From positions 1 to 56,749 of the forward strand of contig DATEHM010000235.1 in the NCBI GenBank assembly GCA_035279545.1: DNA of 56,749 nucleotides, in the 5' to 3' direction. The stretch's first letter is position 1, and every line of letters begins with the position of its first letter. The position numbers were made by a program, and so were the translations under genes. Shown piece by piece: positions 8,917 to 16,230 of this stretch. The notes beneath the pieces were generated by a model. It saw only the letters and a program-made list of their open reading frames with translations. It was not told the DNA's origin and searched no databases. The stretch is from a bacterium (GTDB lineage: Bacteria > Sysuimicrobiota > Sysuimicrobiia > Sysuimicrobiales > Segetimicrobiaceae).

Positions 8917-9698
8917 CGCACCGCCTCCGGCAGGTCCTCTTGCAGAAGCGCCAAGACGCCCGCCTTCTCCCCCGCCACCCCCTCGTCGGTGGCACGCCGC
9001 GGCCTGGGCAGGCGGATCGCCACCGCCCCGCGCACTCGGCCCGGTCGCGCGCTGAGGACGTAGATGCGGTCGGCCAGGAGGACCGCCTCTTCGACGTCGT
9101 GGGTGATGAACAGGATGGTCCGGCCGAACTCCTCGACCAGCCGCCGCAGATGCCCGTGCATCGCCGCCCGGGTCATGGCATCCAGCGCGCCGAGGGGTTC
9201 GTCGAGCACCAGCAGATCCTTCCGGCAGAGCAGGGTGCGGACGAGCGCCACCCGCTGGCGCATCCCGCCCGAGAGGAGGCTCGGGTAGGCGAGTTCAAAC
9301 CGCTCCAGCCCAAAGCGGCGGAGCAGGCCGCGGGCGTCCTCCCGCGCTTCCGCCCGCGGGGTTCCCTGGACCTCCAGGCCGAGGACGGCGTTGTCGATCA
9401 CCCGCCGCCACGGGAGCAGGAGATCTTTCTGCTGCATGTAGGCGACGCGGCCCCGTTCGCCGGCGAGCGGCCGGCCGTCGAGGAGGACCTCCCCGCCATC
9501 CGGAGGGATGAGCCCCGCCACGATGTTGCAGAGCGTGCTCTTCCCGCACCCGCTGGGGCCGAGCAGCGCGACGAATTCGCGGGGCCCCACGTGGAGCGTG
9601 ATGTCGCAGAGGACGTCGAGCGGTCCACCGGAGCGGCGGCCCGTCCCGGCGAGAGGAAATCGTTTGGAGAGGTTCCGGATCTCGAGTTTCGGCGTCAT
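8913..9698 (-). CDS. thiZ: ABC transporter ATP-binding protein (NitT/TauT family, ThiZ-type)
   Basis: Walker A GPSGCGKSTL, signature LSGGMRQRVALVRTL and Walker B LVLDEPLGALD. The start is set to ATG 9698 because the track start (TTG 9716) lies inside the terminator U-tract. Confidence 0.8.
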   Translation of the reverse strand: MTPKLEIRNLSKRFPLAGTGRRSGGPLDVLCDITLHVGPREFVALLGPSGCGKSTLCNIVAGLIPPDGGEVLLDGRPLAGERGRVAYMQQKDLLLPWRRVIDNAVLGLEVQGTPRAEAREDARGLLRRFGLERFELAYPSLLSGGMRQRVALVRTLLCRKDLLVLDEPLGALDAMTRAAMHGHLRRLVEEFGRTILFITHDVEEAVLLADRIYVLSARPGRVRGAVAIRLPRPRRATDEGVAGEKAGVLALLQEDLPEAVR

Positions 9699-9714
9699 CC
9701 CGCGCACCGCCCCC

Positions 9715-9750
9715 AAGCAAAACGCGCCACCCCGGAACCGGGGCGGCGCA
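9715..9750 (-). terminator. Intrinsic terminator (expression platform of the TPP riboswitch)
   Basis: The minus-strand RNA GCGCCGCCCCGGUUCCGGGGUGGCGC forms a 10-bp stem with a 6-nt loop. It is followed by GUUUUGCUU and ends 16 nt before the thiZ ATG. Confidence 0.75.
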
Positions 9751-9752
9751 TC

Positions 9753-9840
9753 GAGTCTCCCTCCGCTGGCATTACCCAGATCAGGTTCCGGGGTCGACGG
9801 CAGGTAGCCGTCCTCTCAGCCTGGTCCCCCAAGCTCCCCC
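9753..9840 (-). promoter_or_regulatory. TPP (THI-box) riboswitch aptamer
   Basis: The minus-strand RNA reads GGGGGACCAGGCUGAGAGGACGGCUACCUGCCGUCGACCCCGGAACCUGAUCUGGGUAAUGCCAGCGGAGGGA. It contains the conserved CUGAGA, ACCC, CCUGAUCUGGGUAAUGCCAGCG and GGGA elements in the canonical order. Confidence 0.92.
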
Positions 9841-9898
9841 ATGGCTATGGGTGGTTCTCCAGTAGTATAACATATGGCGGAGGGTCACACCCCGGCGT

Positions 9899-10912
9899 TC
9901 ACGGCGGGGAAGCGCTCCCGGAACCCGCACCCAGCACCCGCCACAGTTCGTCCCCCGCGGGCGGCTCGAGGGGGCGGTCGCCGTCCCCCCGCCGCACCAC
10001 CCGGTCGCGGGGCAGGAACCGGCCGATCTCGACGGCCCGGACGCCGGCGTCCGCGATCGCCGCCACGGTGCGCGCCGCATCCGCGGTGGCGACGAGAAGG
10101 CCCCCGCTCCCCACCAGCCGCAGTGGGTCCGCTCCCAGCTGCGCGCAGACGGCGGCGGTTTCGGGGAGCACCGGGATGCTGGCGGCGTCGACCCGGACGC
10201 CGATCCCCCCCGCCGCGGCCATTTCATAGGCCGCTCCGAGGACGCCGCCCTCGGTGACATCGTGCATGGCATGGGCTCCGCCCCGCGCCGCCGCCCGCGC
10301 TTCCGGGAGGACGCTGATCCGCTGGCGGAACGCCTTCGCCCGCTCCACCAGCGCGGCCCCGAGCTGTGGGACCAGGCGGTGCTCCAGCATCCCGGCGAGG
10401 ATCGCCGTCCCCTCGATTCCTGCCCCCTTGGTGAGGAGCAGCGCGTCCCCCGGCACGCCCCCGCCGCTCCGGAGGACCTGATCCTTCCGCCCCCGCCCCA
10501 CGGCGGTGGCCACGATGATCGTTCGGTCGATCCCCCCGGTCACCTCGCTGTGCCCGCCGGCGATCTCCACACCCAGCTGGCCGGCGGCGGCCGAGGCGTC
10601 TCGCATGATTCGGCCGAGGTCGGCGGCGGCATCGCCGGGAGCGAGGAGGAGCGTGAGCAACAGGGCCACCGGCTCCGCGCCCGTTGCCGCGAGGTCGTTG
10701 GTCGCGATGAAGACCGCGTACCACCCCAAATCGGGCCCCGCTCCGGTGATGGGATCGGTGGTCAGGACGGCGACCTCGTCGCCGAAGTCGATCACCGCGC
10801 AGTCCTCGCCCATCTGGGCATGGACCAGCACATCGGCACGACGCGCCCCGAGGTGCCGGTAGACGATCGAGGAGAGGAGGTCGGCGGCCACTTTCCCGAT
10901 CGGGAGTCCCAC
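9899..10912 (-). CDS. AIR synthase-related (PurM superfamily) protein, function unknown
   Basis: PurM N- and C-domain motifs GEDCAVIDF, TTDPITG, ATNDLAATGAEP, EIAGGHSE and HDVTEGG. GTG 10912 is preceded by GGAGGA 8 nt upstream. The longer track ORF (to 11272) overlaps the upstream gene and is Arg/Pro-rich. Confidence 0.8.
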   Translation of the reverse strand: MGLPIGKVAADLLSSIVYRHLGARRADVLVHAQMGEDCAVIDFGDEVAVLTTDPITGAGPDLGWYAVFIATNDLAATGAEPVALLLTLLLAPGDAAADLGRIMRDASAAAGQLGVEIAGGHSEVTGGIDRTIIVATAVGRGRKDQVLRSGGGVPGDALLLTKGAGIEGTAILAGMLEHRLVPQLGAALVERAKAFRQRISVLPEARAAARGGAHAMHDVTEGGVLGAAYEMAAAGGIGVRVDAASIPVLPETAAVCAQLGADPLRLVGSGGLLVATADAARTVAAIADAGVRAVEIGRFLPRDRVVRRGDGDRPLEPPAGDELWRVLGAGSGSASPP

Positions 10913-10962
10913 CGTCGCTTCCTCCACACCAGCGCAAGACTTCCGCCGGAGCCCGAACGCGA

Positions 10963-11898
10963 CTAGACGGCCACCCGAGACGTGATCACGGTCATCTTCT
11001 TGAGGATGGTCTGGGCGACTTCCAGCGCCCGGAGGCCGTGCTCCCCGGGCACGAGCGGGGTCGTCTCGCCGCGGACGCAGTCGACGAAGTGGGTCAGCTC
11101 CGCGCGCAACGGCTCTTCCCCCTTCACCACGGTCCGCCGCTGGGTGCCGTGGCGGCGGACCGTGATCTGCTGCCGGAGGTAGTTGAGATGGATCAGCCCG
11201 TCGGGCAGGGTGATCTCGAGCTCGGCGGCCTTCACCGGCGAGACCCGGCTGGCGACGAAGCTGGCCAGGCACCCGTTCTGCAGCGCCAGGTGGGCGACGG
11301 CCAGATCTTCGTCCTCACCGTGGATGGCCGCCCCGATCGCGCTCACGCGGGCGACCGGGGAGCGCATCAGGTTCAGGATGATGTCGAGGTCGTGGATCAT
11401 CAAGTCCAGGACGACGCCGACGTCCATGATCCGGGAAGGGTCCCAGGGGCGCACCCGCCGGACCTGGACGAACAACGGCTCGCTGACCAGATCGTTGAGG
11501 GCGTGGACGGCCGGCTTGAACCGTTCGACGTGGCCCACGAGCAGGGTCACCCCGGCTCGGTGCGACAGGTCGATCAGTTCGGCCGCCTGCTCGACCGTGG
11601 TGGTGATGGGTTTTTCCACCAGGACGTGGACGCCGTGCTGCAGGAAGTCGCGGGCGATCTCGTAGTGGAAGGCGGTGGGAACGGCGAGGCTCACCGCGTC
11701 GACCTTGCCGAACAGCAGCCGATAGTCCCGGTGGCCGGCCGTCTGGTACCGCTTCGCGAACGCGGCCGCCTCCGCGGGGAGGGTGTCCACGACTCCAACG
11801 AGCGCGACATCGGGGAGATGGTGATAGACGCGCACGTGGTGCTGGCCCCATTGCCCCAGGCCGACAACGCCGACGCGGACCAGCCTCGCCATGGACAT
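10963..11898 (-). CDS. Gfo/Idh/MocA family NAD(P)-dependent oxidoreductase (WbpB-like by context)
   Basis: N-terminal Rossmann motif VRVGVVGLGQWGQHH, then EKP (LVEKPIT) and a GHVERF-type motif. It starts 4 nt after the DegT gene. Confidence 0.85.
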   Translation of the reverse strand: MSMARLVRVGVVGLGQWGQHHVRVYHHLPDVALVGVVDTLPAEAAAFAKRYQTAGHRDYRLLFGKVDAVSLAVPTAFHYEIARDFLQHGVHVLVEKPITTTVEQAAELIDLSHRAGVTLLVGHVERFKPAVHALNDLVSEPLFVQVRRVRPWDPSRIMDVGVVLDLMIHDLDIILNLMRSPVARVSAIGAAIHGEDEDLAVAHLALQNGCLASFVASRVSPVKAAELEITLPDGLIHLNYLRQQITVRRHGTQRRTVVKGEEPLRAELTHFVDCVRGETTPLVPGEHGLRALEVAQTILKKMTVITSRVAV

Positions 11899-11902
11899 CT
11901 CC

Positions 11903-13135
11903 TTAGTGCCGGGGATCGAAGCGGCGGATGGCCTGAACGATCCGGCGGAGCTCCTCCTCCCCGAGCGCGGGGTGCACTGGGATGCTGAGAACCTCTCCGG
12001 CTGCCCGCTCGGCTTCCGGACAACGAGCGTCCCCGTAGCCTAACCGTTGGTAGAGCGGGCTGCGGTGGATGGGGGTCGGATAGTACACCCGGGTGCCGAT
12101 GCCGCACGCTGCGAGGTGCTGGACCAACCGGTCTCGATGTCCCGGCACCCGCAGCGTGTACTGATGGTACACGTGCGTGCTGCCTTCGGGCTCCACGGGC
12201 AGCCCCAGCCAGTCGAGGTCCCGCAGCTCCGCGCTGAGGCGGGCGGCGTTGTGCCTGCGCCGCAGATTGCGTTCATCGAGTGTGGCCAGTTGCCCGATCC
12301 CGATCGCCGCCGCCATCTCCGTCATCCGGGCGTTTGAGGCGACCGCCTCATAGACGTACTGGGCCGATTGCCCGACGTTGGCCAGCATGCGGGCGCGCAC
12401 GGCCACCCCCGCATCGCCGGTGACCACCATCCCGCCCTCGCCGGTCGTGAGGTTCTTCGACGGGTAGAAGCTGAATATCCCGGCGTCCCCCAGCGTTCCC
12501 ACCTTGCGGCCGCGGAACGCCGCGCCGTGCGCCTGGGCGGCATCCTCGATTACGACGAGGTGGTGGCGGCGGGCCAGCACCATCAGCGCGTCCATGGGGC
12601 ACGGCAGCCCGTAGAGGTGGACCGGGAGCAACCCCCAGACATCCGGGGTCCGCGCGACGACATCGGCAACCGCGTGGGGGTTCAGATTGTAGGTCTCCGG
12701 ATCGATGTCGGCGAACACCGGGATCGCGCCGCGCCGCAGAATCGCGTTGGTGGTGGCGACGAAGGAGAACGGGGTCGTGATCACCCGCGCCCCCGGTGGA
12801 GCCCCGACGGCTTCGAGCGCCACCTCGAGCGCGGTGGATCCCGATGAGGTGGCGGCGCCGTGCGCGACTCCGAGGTACGCGGTAAACGCCTGTTCAAACT
12901 CGCGGACCCGCCGACCTGCGACGAGCTGTCCAGACTGCAGCACGTCCAGGACCCGGCGGGTGTCCTCGTCGGTGAGCATGGGAGCGGCGATCGGGATCGT
13001 CGGTTGCGACGTTATCTGCACGTCCGTGGCTCGGTTGATCTCTGCCTCCCCGCTGCACGATTCCTCCGAGATTTCTGCGCGCCGGAGAGATTTCCTGCTC
13101 TGCTCGATGGGCACCGGCCCGCGTCGTGAGTGCAT
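11903..13135 (-). CDS. DegT/DnrJ/EryC1/StrS family sugar aminotransferase
   Basis: Motifs IPIAAPMLTDED, GRRVREFEQAF, ITTPFSFVATTNA, VIEDAAQAHGA and SFYPSKNLTTGEGG. The start is uncertain: ATG 13135 or GTG 13021. Confidence 0.88.
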   Translation of the reverse strand: MHSRRGPVPIEQSRKSLRRAEISEESCSGEAEINRATDVQITSQPTIPIAAPMLTDEDTRRVLDVLQSGQLVAGRRVREFEQAFTAYLGVAHGAATSSGSTALEVALEAVGAPPGARVITTPFSFVATTNAILRRGAIPVFADIDPETYNLNPHAVADVVARTPDVWGLLPVHLYGLPCPMDALMVLARRHHLVVIEDAAQAHGAAFRGRKVGTLGDAGIFSFYPSKNLTTGEGGMVVTGDAGVAVRARMLANVGQSAQYVYEAVASNARMTEMAAAIGIGQLATLDERNLRRRHNAARLSAELRDLDWLGLPVEPEGSTHVYHQYTLRVPGHRDRLVQHLAACGIGTRVYYPTPIHRSPLYQRLGYGDARCPEAERAAGEVLSIPVHPALGEEELRRIVQAIRRFDPRH

Positions 13136-13178
13136 ACGCCGACGAGCGGAACAAAGCGGTGCCGCTCCGATCGCGGGG

Positions 13179-13628
13179 TCAGGACGGCGGTTCGAGTTGA
13201 CGCCGCAGCGCGCCCAGCATCCGTTCGAGATTCTCTCTCATCTTGACCCGCAGCATCGCGCTGAGGAGCCCGCCGATCAACGGGATATCGAACTCGAAAT
13301 CCACCACGATCGCCGTCCGCGTGCCCTCGGGCTCCGGCGAGAACGTCCACGTCCCCTCGTAGCGGTCAAAGTCCCCCTCGCGTTGGCGGAACCGGCAGAG
13401 GTGCTGGGCATCGTCCCAGGCGTCTTCCTCCACCCAGTGGACGCGGCGCCCCTCCACAACGCCCACCCACTCCGTCAGCGTGGGGACGCCGTCCCGCCGC
13501 TCCAGCACCGTGATCCGCTCCAGGTCGGGCATGAACCGCGGAAAATCCTCCACCCGCTTCGCCAGACCGTACACCGCGTCGAGCGGGGCATGGATGAAGA
13601 CCGCTCCCTCAACACGCGCCAAGCGCAT
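13179..13628 (-). CDS. SRPBCC (polyketide cyclase/dehydrase, START-like) family protein
   Basis: 149 aa. It shows the typical pattern IHAPLDAVYGLAKRVEDFPRFMP...W..., a beta-rich core and a C-terminal helix. Confidence 0.7.
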   Translation of the reverse strand: MRLARVEGAVFIHAPLDAVYGLAKRVEDFPRFMPDLERITVLERRDGVPTLTEWVGVVEGRRVHWVEEDAWDDAQHLCRFRQREGDFDRYEGTWTFSPEPEGTRTAIVVDFEFDIPLIGGLLSAMLRVKMRENLERMLGALRRQLEPPS

Positions 13629-13708
13629 CTCCCTCCTCTGGCGGTCTCCGGGATGGAATTGCGTCCGCGGCTGCAGCGGCCGGCGCCGATGCCGAGGAAG
13701 CGGTTGGG

Positions 13709-14680
13709 CTACGCGTGCAACTCGAGCATGTCGCCGTCTTCGAGGACGTGCTGCCGTTGTACCATTTGTCCGTCGAAGGTATGCGCGCCCCAGATGCGTG
13801 CGTATTTCAGCCGATCGGCAAAGTCTTTATGCACGATGGCCGCCGCATCCTGCACGGTCGTCCCCCGCTTCATGACGAAGGGGGAGGAGCGGTCGGCGCG
13901 GTACCCCGGCGCCTTTGTGTAGATCCGGATCACGTTGAGGAGGCCGAACATCGCGCCACGCACCGTGTCCACGTCCGTGCCGGTTTCAGCGGACACCACC
14001 TGGATCGGCCACCGGCGGGCGTACAGCTCGCGGAGGATCTCCAGTCGCTCCCCCGCCCCGGGCGTATCCGCCTTGGCGGCGATCAGGACCGTCGGCACTC
14101 CCTCGGGGGGATCGCCACTCCGCCCGAGGCGGACACCCGACCGCTCGAGCAGCTCAAGCGTCGACTCCATCAGGGACAGCAGGTCATCGCTCGCGAGGTC
14201 CGCCACCAGCAGCGCCCCGTCCGCCTGGCGGATGAGCGCGAACAGCCACGGCTCCGCGGTTTCCTCAGCGATGGGGGGGAGGTCCACCAGTTGAATCTGG
14301 ATATTTTCAAACGCCACCATCCCCGGGAGCGGCGCGCGGGTCGTAAACGGATAGGGCGCGACGGCCGGCGCGGCGTTGCTGAGCGCGGCGAGGAGGCGAG
14401 ATTTCCCGGCGTTGGCGGCGCCCACCAGAACGACCTGCCCCGCTCCCTCCCGGGGAACGTGTTGCCAGGTGGATCCCCGCCCCGCCGCCGGCCTGCGGGC
14501 CGCCTCGGTCCGCAGCTTGGCCATCCGGCGCCGGAGGTCCGCCCGCATATGCTCCGTCCCTTTGTGCTTGGGGATCGTGGCCATCATCGCGTTGAGCGCT
14601 ACGAGCTGATCTTCCGGGGTGGTGGCCTGGCGGAAGCGGCGTTCGGCTTCGAGGTACTGCGGGGTGAGGTTGGCGGGCAC
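13709..14680 (-). CDS. Obg-like GTPase of the DRG type with a C-terminal TGS domain
   Basis: G1 is GAANAGKS and G2 is PFTT. The C-terminus IRIYTKAPGYRADRSSPFVMKRGTTVQDAAAIVHKDFADRLKYARIWG...LEDGDMLELH resembles the DRG/TGS consensus. The N-terminal helix resembles the DRG N-terminus. Confidence 0.8.
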   Translation of the reverse strand: MPANLTPQYLEAERRFRQATTPEDQLVALNAMMATIPKHKGTEHMRADLRRRMAKLRTEAARRPAAGRGSTWQHVPREGAGQVVLVGAANAGKSRLLAALSNAAPAVAPYPFTTRAPLPGMVAFENIQIQLVDLPPIAEETAEPWLFALIRQADGALLVADLASDDLLSLMESTLELLERSGVRLGRSGDPPEGVPTVLIAAKADTPGAGERLEILRELYARRWPIQVVSAETGTDVDTVRGAMFGLLNVIRIYTKAPGYRADRSSPFVMKRGTTVQDAAAIVHKDFADRLKYARIWGAHTFDGQMVQRQHVLEDGDMLELHA

Positions 14681-14695
14681 GACGCGACCCGGGGA

Positions 14696-15271
14696 TTACT
14701 GGATGCCGGTCACCCGGAGTTTCAACGTGCCGGCCGGGACGACCACGCGCACCGTTTGGCCAACCGTGTGGCCGAGTAAGGCGGCGCCGACCGGAGAGAG
14801 ATGGCTGATTCGGCCCTGCGCCAGATCGACCTCCACCGGCCCGACGATGGTGTAGGCCACGTCCTCGCCCGTCGCCGTGTCGGTGACGTGCACGGTGCAG
14901 CCCATCGACACCACGTCCGACCGGCCCTTCCCGGGTTCGTCGATCACTCGGACGTCGCGGAGAAGCAGGTCAAGCTCTTGGATGCGGCCTTCGATGAACG
15001 CCTGTTCGTTCTTGGCGTCCTCATACTCGGAGTTCTCGGAGCGATCGCCGAGTTCTGCGGCCCGCTTGATCCGCAGGGCCACCTCGCGCCGGCGTTCGCT
15101 GCGAAGATGGCGGAGCTCCGCTTCCAGCTGGTCGCGGCCATCCCGGGTAAGGAACGTGGGTTGACGCGATTGTCCGTCCCTTGACGTATCCGACACCTCG
15201 TCTCCGTTGGCCCTCCGGATGGGCCGCACGATCCCGGTTGGATCCGCACGGTGCGGGCGGCGTGAACTCAT
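14696..15271 (-). CDS. greA: Transcription elongation factor GreA
   Basis: Motifs LTRDGRDQLEAELRHL, GDRSENSEYEDAKNEQAFIEGRIQEL and ISHLSPVGAALLG. The N-terminal ~35 aa are basic, so the start is uncertain. Confidence 0.88.
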   Translation of the reverse strand: MSSRRPHRADPTGIVRPIRRANGDEVSDTSRDGQSRQPTFLTRDGRDQLEAELRHLRSERRREVALRIKRAAELGDRSENSEYEDAKNEQAFIEGRIQELDLLLRDVRVIDEPGKGRSDVVSMGCTVHVTDTATGEDVAYTIVGPVEVDLAQGRISHLSPVGAALLGHTVGQTVRVVVPAGTLKLRVTGIQ

Positions 15272-15837
15272 GTCTCCGTGGGTATTCTACCAGAGCCGGA
15301 GGGGTTGGGGAAGCGGACGAGGCGACTCGGGCGACCCATCGTTCCAGCGATCGAAGGATCAGGGTGCCTCGTACGTGCGGGGCCCGTCGACCCGAGCGCC
15401 CCCTGTCTCCACGCGCTGCCCGGGGACGTTTACTCGGACCGCGTTCTCCACGCCCCGCCGCGGGTGTTGACTGAGTGCCTCACGTGCTGGAAGGTATGCG
15501 GGCAGGGAGGAGATCCGGTGCCGGTGGCCTCATCGTTGGGGCGGAGTGCGGCCATTCCTCCGAGCGAAACAGGCGGAGCGGACGGACCTCACCCTGAAGA
15601 GCGGCGCCGGCGTATTTTGGACCCGGGCCGCGTGGGATTGCCGAACCGGCGCGGACCATGTGAAGGGTGTGGTGGCCGGCCTCGGGGGTGACGCGCGATC
15701 AATCCCAGCGAATAACAGTTCGCATCCGGCCTGAGGGGCCGGGGCAATCGAGCGAATGAAGGAATTTCGGACTCTTTGCACAATTCCACCGGAAACTCGC
15801 TGGCGGGTTTCTTTGAACCTCGGGAGGGGGAAGAACC

Positions 15838-16056
15838 ATGGCCACGATACGATGGTACCTTGTCTATCTCGGTATTGTCATGGGGGCTCTGCTGCTCGCA
15901 AATGTCAACCCGATCTTCGCCCAAGCAGTGAATAACTGCGGCAACTTAACGCCGGGGTGCGTCAGAGTCCCCGAACCCTCGACGTTTGTGCTGATGGGGA
16001 CGGCGCTCGTTGGCGCGGTCGCAGTCGCGAGAATGCGGTTAGGGCGAAAGGGATAG
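15838..16056 (+). CDS. Mini PEP-CTERM sorting-domain precursor (72 aa)
   Basis: GGGAGGGGG lies 7 nt before the ATG. The signal peptide ends IFA/QA. The C-terminus VPEPSTFVLMGTALVGAVAVARMRLGRKG has the PEP motif, a TM helix and a basic tail. Confidence 0.8.
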   Translation: MATIRWYLVYLGIVMGALLLANVNPIFAQAVNNCGNLTPGCVRVPEPSTFVLMGTALVGAVAVARMRLGRKG

Positions 16057-16087
16057 CCCCGCAGACCACGTTCCTCAAGTCACGAGA

Positions 16088-16127
16088 CGCCGGGAAACGA
16101 AGACGATTTTCCGGCGTTTGATTTTTT
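16088..16127 (+). terminator. Intrinsic terminator after the mini PEP-CTERM gene
   Basis: Hairpin CGCCGG(G)AAA-N8-UUUCCGGCG followed by UUUGAUUUUUU. Confidence 0.65.
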
Positions 16128-16230
16128 CCGTCACACAACGGATCGCCCCGGTGTGGGAGCCCAACAGGAAGATCGAGCTGCCGGGCGTAACTATTGCCGG
16201 CATGCGTCCTCCCGCCCCCTCGACCTGCTC

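Noticed and set aside
9899-11272. Long N-terminal extensions of track ORFs: 9899-11272, 4145-5230, 4777-6327, 17699-19078, 24566-25666, 26119-27027, 22598-23326, 34590-36113, 35887-36999, 38034-39035, 45993-47261, 47234-48859 and 51560-53023
   Set aside because: The extensions overlap the upstream gene, are Arg/Pro-rich, and precede an internal ATG or GTG that has an SD and/or a 4-nt overlap with the upstream stop. Family-typical N-termini begin at the internal start. I trimmed the coordinates accordingly.
14696-15271. GreA appears about 35 aa longer than usual at the N-terminus
   Set aside because: This is most likely start-codon uncertainty; several internal starts are possible. It is not a reliable anomaly without homolog alignment.
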